This document shows positions 48,277 through 55,206 of a DNA stretch of 64,000 nucleotides, piece after piece; positions within the stretch are counted from its first letter, which is position 1, and each line of letters opens with the position of its first letter. This DNA comes from Anaerolineae bacterium (GTDB lineage Bacteria; Chloroflexota; Anaerolineae; Anaerolineales; UBA4823). The notes beneath the pieces were generated by a model. It was not told the origin of the DNA, did no database searches, and saw nothing but the letters and a program-made list of their open reading frames with translations. Position numbers and translations under genes: made by a program. The stretch is from the NCBI GenBank assembly GCA_003130835.1, contig QEXX01000059.1, positions 219-64,218 on the forward strand, read 5' to 3'.

Positions 48277-48681
48277 TCAGACAGAATACTTACGAAAGCC
48301 ACCGATGATGGCAAGTTGAGGCATTTCTGCCGCTTGTTCAGGAGAAATCTGATTGGGGTCTAACAGGTTGCCATAGGTTTCCATATAGATTTGGCGCAGT
48401 GCTTCCATCACGCGCGGCAGGTCGATTCCTTTGGGACAGCGCGAAACGCAGGTTAGACAAGCCGCGCAAGTCCAGATGGTCTGGACTTGTAAAACCTCTT
48501 CCAGCCCCAGTTGCGCCATGCGGATGACTTGATTGGGCAATATATCCATACTAAACGCCACAGGGCAACCTGCGCTGCACTTGCCGCACTGGTTACAAGC
48601 CAATAGGCTCTGACCGCTAATCGTTTCAATCCGATTGACAAACTCGCCACGAACTGTTTGGAGAGAGATTTTCGTACGCAT
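48277..48681 (-). CDS. hdrC: HdrC-like 2x[4Fe-4S] protein, copy 1 (first gene of the redox operon)
   Basis: 134 aa. It contains CNQCGKCSAGCP and CAACLTCVSRCPKGIDL. Confidence 0.8.
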   Translation of the reverse strand: MRTKISLQTVRGEFVNRIETISGQSLLACNQCGKCSAGCPVAFSMDILPNQVIRMAQLGLEEVLQVQTIWTCAACLTCVSRCPKGIDLPRVMEALRQIYMETYGNLLDPNQISPEQAAEMPQLAIIGGFRKYSV

Positions 48682-49070
48682 CGCACCGCCTTTACCAAAG
48701 CTGTTTTATCCCGCTTAAGAGGTTTTATACGCCCTCTTCAGGCAGGAGAAGTTATCCAAGAAAAAGCTAAGCACATATCGTGGGAAAGGCTTAAAAACAT
48801 CAACCACCTCTAAAAGAATACCGCTTTGGGTTGCTTTGATTATCGTCTAAATTCAGAGTAAAGTAATCTGTAATAGATAATCAAGTGCAGAGACAAAAAT
48901 CACCCTGCAGGTAGGAAGAAAATCAGAGTGTCTGACGAAATCTTTCCTAACCCTTCACGCCATTTTTGAACCGAAGCAACAGCCTAAAGCGATCAGGATA
49001 GATTGTTTAGACCCAACAATCTTGTAATGGGTTGTGTTCGATAAACTAACAAATCTGCTAGGTAAATTGG

Positions 49071-49099
49071 TTGACATTGTCTTCCTTTTTTGCTAGGAT
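49071..49099 (+). promoter_or_regulatory. Candidate sigma-70 promoter driving the tandem riboswitch leader
   Basis: TTGACA (49071-49076), a 17-nt spacer, then TAGGAT (49094-49099). It lies immediately upstream of aptamer 1. Confidence 0.45.
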
Positions 49100-49100
49100 A

Positions 49101-49199
49101 GGTTCGAGCACGAAAAGGCAAAGCCAGCGAAAGCTGGGGACGCAAAGCCATGGGTCTACCGTCATCGCAAGATGACTACGACTGCCAGGTTGCCGAATG
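49101..49199 (+). promoter_or_regulatory. c-di-GMP-I (GEMM-I) riboswitch aptamer, copy 1 of a tandem pair
   Basis: CACGAAAAGGCAAAGCCAGCGAAAGCUGGGGACGCAAAGCCAUGGGUCUAC...CUGCCAGGUUGCCGAA matches the GEMM-I core (GGCAAA, GNRA-capped P1b, GACGCAAAGCC, 3' GGUUGCCG), as in Vc2. Confidence 0.8.
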
Positions 49200-49282
49200 T
49201 AATCGAATGTCAATTGTATGTTTGTATTCGACGAGCCTGGCAAAGCCCAGGCTCAATTGCTTGAGTGCACATTACCAATCTA

Positions 49283-49378
49283 CCAAGACCGATAAAGGCA
49301 AACCCGGCGAAAGCCGGGGACGCAAAGCCATGGATCTACAGCCGGCTTAGCCGGCCAGGATAGCCAGGTTGCCGAAGC
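49283..49378 (+). promoter_or_regulatory. c-di-GMP-I (GEMM-I) riboswitch aptamer, copy 2
   Basis: GAUAAAGGCAAACCCGGCGAAAGCCGGGGACGCAAAGCCAUGGAUCUACAGCCGGCUUAGCCGGCCAGGAUAGCCAGGUUGCCGAA has the same conserved core as copy 1. Confidence 0.8.
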
Positions 49379-49404
49379 AGCGAACTGTTTTCTTGCGTTC
49401 TCTC

Positions 49405-49437
49405 AACGGGCTTGGTTATCCAAGCCCGTTTTTGTTT
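49405..49437 (+). terminator. Intrinsic terminator (expression platform of the tandem riboswitch)
   Basis: The sequence is AACGGGCTTGG-TTAT-CCAAGCCCGTT followed by TTTGTTT. It ends about 15 nt before the ATG at 49452 and abuts the GGAGAG RBS. Confidence 0.7.
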
Positions 49438-49451
49438 GGAGAGCAAATCGA

Positions 49452-51140
49452 ATGAAGACCAATCACCATCAACCCAGATCATCTCACTCCTTACTCAGCC
49501 GAGCTTTTTGGAGGGTGCTGAGCGGGTTTGGCATTCCTGGTGCACTTCTAACGGTCTTCTCTGTTGTCCCGCTTCTCTCCGCCCAAGCCGCAAATCCCTC
49601 TTCGAATTTACCGGCTTGTCAGCCATTTGTGCAAGTCAATGACAATGCTTTTGGCCTCGGCGGCGGGGCAGATGGGACATTCAGCTCAGAAGAGGGTTTC
49701 GAAGTGGTGGTCTTCAATGGGCAACTGTACCTTGGTATGGAAGCCGATAACACCATGGGGGCGCGCATTTGGCGCACAAAAGCCGGCGTAACCATCCCTG
49801 CTTCTCAAGCGGATTGGGAGGAAGTTGCGGCTGACCAATTCGGATATCCCTTCGGGGTAACCAATGTCACCCAAAATGATCACATCGATAGCCTAGCTGA
49901 ATTTAACGGCTATCTCTACGCTAGCACCGCCAATGGAGGGAGTAGTACCTATGGGACGCGCGTCTTTCGCAGTCCCAACGGAAATCCGAATAGCTGGGAA
50001 GATGCCCTGATCAACATTGGCGCCGGTTTTGGAAGCGCACAAAACACAAATTTCAAAGATATGCAAGTCTTCAATGGTTGGTTGTGCGGCGGTACGCAAA
50101 ACTGGCTATATGGGGCGCAGGTATGGTGCACTCAAGATGGTTTGAATTGGGTGCAAAAGAATATCAGCGGCTTTGGCAGCACACAATATAACAACAAAAC
50201 TGTTGAGGTTTGGTCGGGATACGTATTTCAAGAGGCTTTGTACTTCGGTGTGCAAAACCTCGGTGCAACTCGCTCCAGTAACTATGATGACTTGGGGAAA
50301 CTCTACCGCACTCGCAATCTGAACGGCACGCCGCAGTGGGAAGAGGTCTTTATCAGCCTGCCCGGTTACCTGAATCGGGTCGATATCCTTGGTGAATTAA
50401 ATGGGTATCTCTACATTACTAGCCGTGGATCAAACGGCGGCATTATCGTCTATCGCAGTTCAACTGGTGACCCCGGCACCTGGCAACAAGTCAGTCTCGA
50501 AGGTATTCATGGCAACACAGCCAACAATGCTGTGATTGTGGACGGTGCGGTAACTTATGAAGGTGGTTTATATGTTGCTGTCAGCAACAACAGCGGTTTC
50601 CAACTCTGGCGCACCTCGGGAGCTGTGCAAGGGGATGGAATGGTTGATTGGGAACAGGTGGGGGGTAGCGGTTTGACCGATGCGAAAAATATCCACTCTG
50701 AACTAGCTGTTTTCAATGGTTATCTTTATGCATGGACATCCAATTACACGCGCGGTCAGCAAGTGCTGCGATCCAACTGTATGGCTGGCGCAGTGATGCC
50801 GTCCCCAACTGCGACGAACACCACCCAACCTAGCCCCACACCAACAATGACACAAACATCGCTACCAAGCCCAACCCCCACCGCTTCACCTACCTCTGCG
50901 CCAACCCAAACCCCAACCGCTTCTCCAACCCCTGCCCCCAGCCAGACCCCAACCCCCACGGCTCTGCCAAGCTACACCCCCACCGCTTCACCTACCACTG
51001 TTCCAACCCAAACCCCAACGGCCACTCCAACTGCAGAACCACCATCACCGTTCTGCCCGCAAGGCGATCAAAGCTGTCAAAGCTCCAACCCCAACGGTTC
51101 AATGTATAGCGTATTCATCCCCATCTTGATAAAGCCATAA
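49452..51140 (+). CDS. Secreted beta-propeller-like protein with a Pro/Thr/Ser-rich linker and a short hydrophobic C-terminal tail
   Basis: 562 aa with a signal peptide (FGIPGALLTVFSVVPLLSAQA). About seven blade-like repeats are centred on FNGQLYLG, FNGYLYAS, FNGWLCGG, EALYFGV, LNGYLYIT, YEGGLYVA and FNGYLYAW. The product name is structural inference only. Confidence 0.7.
   Translation: MKTNHHQPRSSHSLLSRAFWRVLSGFGIPGALLTVFSVVPLLSAQAANPSSNLPACQPFVQVNDNAFGLGGGADGTFSSEEGFEVVVFNGQLYLGMEADNTMGARIWRTKAGVTIPASQADWEEVAADQFGYPFGVTNVTQNDHIDSLAEFNGYLYASTANGGSSTYGTRVFRSPNGNPNSWEDALINIGAGFGSAQNTNFKDMQVFNGWLCGGTQNWLYGAQVWCTQDGLNWVQKNISGFGSTQYNNKTVEVWSGYVFQEALYFGVQNLGATRSSNYDDLGKLYRTRNLNGTPQWEEVFISLPGYLNRVDILGELNGYLYITSRGSNGGIIVYRSSTGDPGTWQQVSLEGIHGNTANNAVIVDGAVTYEGGLYVAVSNNSGFQLWRTSGAVQGDGMVDWEQVGGSGLTDAKNIHSELAVFNGYLYAWTSNYTRGQQVLRSNCMAGAVMPSPTATNTTQPSPTPTMTQTSLPSPTPTASPTSAPTQTPTASPTPAPSQTPTPTALPSYTPTASPTTVPTQTPTATPTAEPPSPFCPQGDQSCQSSNPNGSMYSVFIPILIKP
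50879..51022 (+). repeat. Imperfect 42-nt direct repeat inside the PT-rich linker coding region
   Basis: CACCGCTTCACCTACC(T/A)CTG..CCAACCCAAACCCCAAC(C/G)GC occurs at 50879-50920 and again at 50981-51022. The offset is 102 nt (34 codons). The copies encode PTASPTSAPTQTPTA and PTASPTTVPTQTPTA. Confidence 0.6.
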
Positions 51141-51391
51141 TCACGATACTCATTGATCTGTTCTCTTAGTGTTATCGCCCAATCCTCGTTTCGTCCACAG
51201 AGTTACAAAATTTAGCCTCTCCGTGTATTGTCCTGAAAGGAAGAAGTGGGATTAAGTAGATGAACCATGGGTTTCGTGCCGCCAAGCTCTGCTTGGTAAG
51301 GTCTGACGTAAGATTAACAACACGAGACCAATTCTCGTGAATCTTCGTTCAAAGATAAGACTAATAAACGGTAATTGGTGCTTAAGGGGGA

Positions 51392-51420
51392 TTGTTTTTT
51401 AGCAAGATTTATGTTATAAA
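51392..51420 (+). promoter_or_regulatory. Candidate promoter for the third riboswitch leader
   Basis: TTGTTT (51392-51397), a 17-nt spacer, then TATAAA (51415-51420). It is a weak pattern match. Confidence 0.3.
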
Positions 51421-51445
51421 CAGATTAAGTAGCTTCATCGTTGTG

Positions 51446-51537
51446 CAAGTCACATCGAAAGGGCAAACCCGCCGTGAGACGGAGACGCAAAGCTGAGGGT
51501 CTATTCCTCAAGAGAAATAGATAGTCTGGCTGCCGTG
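51446..51537 (+). promoter_or_regulatory. c-di-GMP-I (GEMM-I) riboswitch aptamer, copy 3
   Basis: CACAUCGAAAGGGCAAACCCGCCGUGAGACGGAGACGCAAAGCUGAGGGUCUAUUCCUCAAGAGAAAUAGAUAGUCUGGCUGCCG has the GGCAAA, GNRA-capped helix and GACGCAAAGC core. Confidence 0.75.
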
Positions 51538-51564
51538 GGTGTTCATGCTAACGGCAGTTTTTTT
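51530..51564 (+). terminator. Intrinsic terminator overlapping the 3' end of aptamer 3
   Basis: The sequence is CTGCCGT-(14-nt loop)-ACGGCAG followed by TTTTTTT. The 5' arm is shared with the 3' end of the aptamer. Confidence 0.7.
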
Positions 51565-51610
51565 AAACTGTCACCCAATTCGATAGTTTCAAGTTAATAA
51601 GGAGGTCTGA

Positions 51611-53074
51611 ATGAAAGAAAGGGTGGGGTATCTTTTCCTAGCGGTGATCATCGCCTTAAGCGGAATGATGATCCTCGCAGGAGTAGCTTCAGCGTCATCG
51701 AATCTTGAACCAGCAAGCCCAGATTGTTGGAACACCATCACGATCAAGAAAGTCACGGAACCGGCTGGAGGCACGGGATTTGACTTTACAATTCGATGGG
51801 GAAGCTACATAGATAGTTTCACACTGAACGATCAGCAAACAAAAAAATACACTCCTAACAGCCATAGCGTTTTTACCGTTACAGAAGCAGTTAAAGCAGA
51901 TCATTATTTGAAAAACATCTCTTGCAACGGGCCAACAGGCGCTCTTTTTAACTATGATTTACAAAACCGACGCGTCATCATCGATCTTAAAACAAATAAG
52001 GTTGATGGAAATATTACCTGCACTTTCACGAACACTCGTTACGGTAAGATCACGGTTTATAAATTCGAAGACCTGGATAATGATGGACAATGGGACAATG
52101 AAGAATCACCCTTGAGCGACTGGGAATTTGATTTATCTGGACCGAAGACAGGCAGTGGAAAAACAGACAGCAACGGAAAACTGATCTTCGAAAACTTGAT
52201 TTCCGGAGAATATACCGTCACAGAAAACCTCGAAGATGAATATACTTCAACCACGGGATTGATGCAAAATGTCACCTTGAACCCGAATGGCGCTGAAACG
52301 CTTTACTTTGGCAATCGACGCTTTGCGATGGATTACGGCGATTTACCCGGCGCCTATGGTCTGACCCTATTCTCTGAAAGCGGTGCTCGCCATCTACCCC
52401 TTGAACAAGGAGACGTTTGGCTTGGTACAAACCGAGATGTCGAGTACGATGGTAAGCCCCATAACGATGCTGTGGGGGATGACAATGATGCAACCAATGA
52501 CGAAGACGGTGTAGTGCGTGGAGCAACTTGGGGGGGTGGCATGGGAGTGATCATGGTCACCGTCAACGGCCCTTCTTGTTTGATGGGTTGGGTTGACTAT
52601 GCAACCGTAACCGAAACGCTTCCCACAAACTTGTTCAAGGAATTCGGGTTTGATTACAAATTCACCGATAATTTCGACAAAGATGGAAACTCATTTTCCG
52701 AGAAAGTGATTGATAACCTTCTCCTAACCTCCGCCGGCACGCATGAGATTACATTCCCCTTGCCCACAGATTTCGGCGGCGCCAGTGTCTTTGCCCGCTT
52801 CCGGCTCTCACCTGCCATTCCGGCAGACGGTAGCGAGGCATTGAACCCTGTTGCAGAGAACAATGGAGCATATCGCTGTCCATCCGTTGGGCTTACAGGC
52901 CTTGCACACGGCGGTGAAGTTGAAGATTATGTATGGACATTTGGACCCACTGCTATCAAAATCAAACAGATCAATGCCGTTCAGCAACATTCAGCTCTAA
53001 GTTTTGGGTGGGGCTTAATTGGTATTCTGATCAACCTATCCGCTTTGTGGTTCATTAAACGCCGACGGAAATAG
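51611..53074 (+). CDS. Surface protein with a Cna-B/SpaA-type domain and a GEVED domain; C-terminal TM helix plus basic tail
   Basis: 487 aa with AAGGAGG as RBS and a signal peptide. KITVYKFEDLDNDGQWDNEESPLSDWEFDLSGPKTGSGKTDSNGKLIFENLISGEYTVTE is Cna-B-like. It also has a GGEVEDY motif, and it ends GWGLIGILINLSALWFIKRRRK. Confidence 0.75.
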   Translation: MKERVGYLFLAVIIALSGMMILAGVASASSNLEPASPDCWNTITIKKVTEPAGGTGFDFTIRWGSYIDSFTLNDQQTKKYTPNSHSVFTVTEAVKADHYLKNISCNGPTGALFNYDLQNRRVIIDLKTNKVDGNITCTFTNTRYGKITVYKFEDLDNDGQWDNEESPLSDWEFDLSGPKTGSGKTDSNGKLIFENLISGEYTVTENLEDEYTSTTGLMQNVTLNPNGAETLYFGNRRFAMDYGDLPGAYGLTLFSESGARHLPLEQGDVWLGTNRDVEYDGKPHNDAVGDDNDATNDEDGVVRGATWGGGMGVIMVTVNGPSCLMGWVDYATVTETLPTNLFKEFGFDYKFTDNFDKDGNSFSEKVIDNLLLTSAGTHEITFPLPTDFGGASVFARFRLSPAIPADGSEALNPVAENNGAYRCPSVGLTGLAHGGEVEDYVWTFGPTAIKIKQINAVQQHSALSFGWGLIGILINLSALWFIKRRRK

Positions 53075-53093
53075 GATAAGAAAGGAGAAAACG

Positions 53094-53213
53094 ATGTACG
53101 AGCGAGAACAAAAGGTTTATATCACCCCCGCGATTGTTTTGGAGCTAGAATTAGAAACACGCGCCGGATCATCTTTGGGAGAAGTTTTTGAGGAGCTTTT
53201 TTCAGAAGAATAG
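53094..53213 (+). CDS. Small ORF (39 aa) with a lasso-peptide-like leader/core layout
   Basis: It was found by hand because it is below the ORF-track cutoff. AAGGAG lies 7 nt upstream of ATG 53094. The translation is MYEREQKVYITPAIVLELELETRAGSSLGEVFEELFSEE. It lies between the stop of the surface-protein gene and the terminator at 53235. Confidence 0.4.
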   Translation: MYEREQKVYITPAIVLELELETRAGSSLGEVFEELFSEE

Positions 53214-53234
53214 TCCAAAACGGTAATGTGATCG

Positions 53235-53279
53235 ACCTCCTGTAAGAGACTTATCTTGCAGGAGGTTTTCATTTTACAA
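53235..53279 (+). terminator. Intrinsic terminator closing the riboswitch-3 operon
   Basis: ACCTCCTG(TAAGA)...(TCTTG)CAGGAGGT forms a stem followed by TTTCATTTT. Confidence 0.6.
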
Positions 53280-53357
53280 GGATAGAGAGATACCTCACGT
53301 TGCAGAGAATGTCGATTACTCTTGGAGAAACCATCACCCTTAAGTCACTTTCCATCT

Positions 53358-53374
53358 GCTATAATCAACGCATG
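53358..53374 (+). promoter_or_regulatory. Extended -10 element (TGcTATAAT) placed 6 nt before ATG 53372; possible leaderless start
   Basis: TGCTATAAT lies at 53357-53365 and the ATG at 53372-53374. No SD sequence lies between them. Confidence 0.3.
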
Positions 53375-54181
53375 GAAAATCTCCCAACAGCTACAACCGT
53401 TGCTTGCTCTCAGTGCGGAGGTGAACTTCATCCAGAGGTTGGGCAAGTCTTTCTCATTTGTCCTTACTGCTCTTCGACCGTATACATCGATAAAAGCCAA
53501 GTCGTCTTCCATTGGTATGTAGCCCCGACACTAGATGAAAAGCAAGCTCGCGCAGCCCTGGCGCGCTGGATGGCAGGTAACCAAACCGTCAAAGATTTGG
53601 ACCGCAAAGCTCAAATTAGCGAAGTCTCTTTCGCTTACTTTCCAATGTGGTTGTTCAAATATCGTAAACCCGATGAAAAAGATGAGCTTCTACTCGTGCC
53701 TGCGGCAGCTACCTCGGTCAGCGAGATAAAAAATCTTATCCTTCCCCCTGGTGACCTGCGTAAGCCTACTGCTGAGATCGACCATGCCGCCCAAGCCCCT
53801 ACTGTGCCGTTGGAAACCGCCTTAGCTTGGTTGGGACAACGTCAAATCACTGCAGAGCAAATTATCGAAAAAGCCCTCGTGCACGTCCCTGTTTATACTT
53901 TCAAATACTTTTTCAATAGCCGTACTTATACTGCCCTTGTGGAAGGCGCCAGTGGGGGCGTTTTTGCCAACCTTTTCCCTGCCAAAGCCGAAGCACCTTT
54001 CCTGCTGATCGGCGGAGCAACAGCCTTGATCTACCTCTGCTTGGCTACCTTCCCTGCCATGGGCGCGCTGCAAAGCGGCGCCAGTGGCTTGGGAATCGGC
54101 CTGCTGATCTGCAGCGGAGCAGGCTTGGTCATTGCACCGATCCTGTTCGTAATTGCCGCTTGGATTGCAGCCAAAATATGA
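53372..54181 (+). CDS. Zinc-ribbon protein with a C-terminal two-helix membrane hairpin (module paralogue 1); function unknown
   Basis: The zinc ribbon is ACSQCGG...ICPYC. It then has VVFHWYVAP, FAYFPMWLFKY and HVPVYTFKYFFNSRTYTALVEGASGGVF, followed by two TM helices. Alternative starts are at 53300 and 53309. Confidence 0.6.
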   Translation: MENLPTATTVACSQCGGELHPEVGQVFLICPYCSSTVYIDKSQVVFHWYVAPTLDEKQARAALARWMAGNQTVKDLDRKAQISEVSFAYFPMWLFKYRKPDEKDELLLVPAAATSVSEIKNLILPPGDLRKPTAEIDHAAQAPTVPLETALAWLGQRQITAEQIIEKALVHVPVYTFKYFFNSRTYTALVEGASGGVFANLFPAKAEAPFLLIGGATALIYLCLATFPAMGALQSGASGLGIGLLICSGAGLVIAPILFVIAAWIAAKI

Positions 54182-55206
54182 GCGAAAAAGACGTTACCCA
54201 TGGTCTAAACTGTCCAAAGTGTGGTGGGATGATTCGCATCCCAGAAGGGCAACGGTTGGTCATCTGCCCGTATTGCCAACAGCGTTCTATCGTGCGCGGC
54301 GAACGTGGTGTCCTACGCTATCAAGTACCTGCCCAAATCGAGCGTCTTGTAGCTGAAAAGATGTTGCAACGGTTCCTAACGAGCAGCTTCGCCATCGCAC
54401 GCAACGCCCCTCGTCTAGCTAAGCTTGACGAAAGCTTATTGGTATTTTTGCCCTTTTACACCAGTTGGGGCAGAGTACTTGGTTGGGTTTTTGGACAAGA
54501 ACGGGTTGGAAGCGGGGAAAAAGCGCGTTATGAGCCGCGGGAAGTCCAGTTTGTACAAGATGCCACTTGGAATAGGGCAGCTTGTGATGTGGGCGAATTT
54601 GGGGTAGAAAGTGTGCCTTTGGAAGATAAACCCTATGAACCCTATAACGATGACGAAATCCATCGCGCCGGCATGGTCTTTGAACCGGTCGGATCGCTGA
54701 GCGAAGCCCTACAAGAAGCTCAGCAAATGTTTCAAGCTCAGGTGCGTGGAAGTGCTCGTCTTGATCGCATCTCTCAGGTGTTTGTTCGCATTGTTCGCCA
54801 GCGGTTTGGTTTGGTCTATTATCCCTTATGGATCTTGCGCTATCTCTACCGCGGACGAGCGTATCAGGTGGCCATCGATGGTCATAGCGGTCAAATATTG
54901 TACGGCAAAGCACCGGGCAATACCCTCTACCGGGCAGCCGTCTTGGTGGGTGGGATAGCCTTGGGAGCCTTAATCGCGATTGATGTTCCTACCTTACTTT
55001 TGTACTTTGGTCGCAACAGTGACGAAATGGATGGCTTACTTGTCCTCAGTGGATTTGCCCTTTTGGTTGGATTTTCGGCAATGTACGCTGCCTATCGTGC
55101 TTTTCGGTATGGGGAGGAATATGAATACCGTTGGAAAAAAACGGCCTCAATCGCAGAATGGTCTCCAAAACAACTCATCGAGTCGCTCTCGGAGGCGCTG
55201 GAATGA
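54178..55206 (+). CDS. Zinc-ribbon protein with a C-terminal two-helix membrane hairpin (module paralogue 2); function unknown
   Basis: An ATGA overlap links it to the upstream gene. It has NCPKCGG...ICPYC, VLRYQVPA, LVFLPFYTSW and YYPLWILRYLYRGRAYQVAIDGHSGQILYG, followed by two TM helices. Confidence 0.65.
   Translation: MSEKDVTHGLNCPKCGGMIRIPEGQRLVICPYCQQRSIVRGERGVLRYQVPAQIERLVAEKMLQRFLTSSFAIARNAPRLAKLDESLLVFLPFYTSWGRVLGWVFGQERVGSGEKARYEPREVQFVQDATWNRAACDVGEFGVESVPLEDKPYEPYNDDEIHRAGMVFEPVGSLSEALQEAQQMFQAQVRGSARLDRISQVFVRIVRQRFGLVYYPLWILRYLYRGRAYQVAIDGHSGQILYGKAPGNTLYRAAVLVGGIALGALIAIDVPTLLLYFGRNSDEMDGLLVLSGFALLVGFSAMYAAYRAFRYGEEYEYRWKKTASIAEWSPKQLIESLSEALE

Noticed and set aside
38073-48681. 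Selenocysteine recoding in the Hdr/MvhD genes
   Set aside because: HdrA and MvhD homologues sometimes contain Sec, but every gene here is a continuous ORF with Cys at the expected positions. There is no split-ORF pattern around an in-frame TGA, so nothing suggests recoding.
49058-49642. Short ORFs overlapping the riboswitch leader (49058-49243 minus, 49150-49350 plus, 49412-49642 plus)
   Set aside because: The first two coincide with the two GEMM-I aptamers, whose RNA-level conservation explains the sequence. The third is an out-of-frame overlap of the 49452 gene start.
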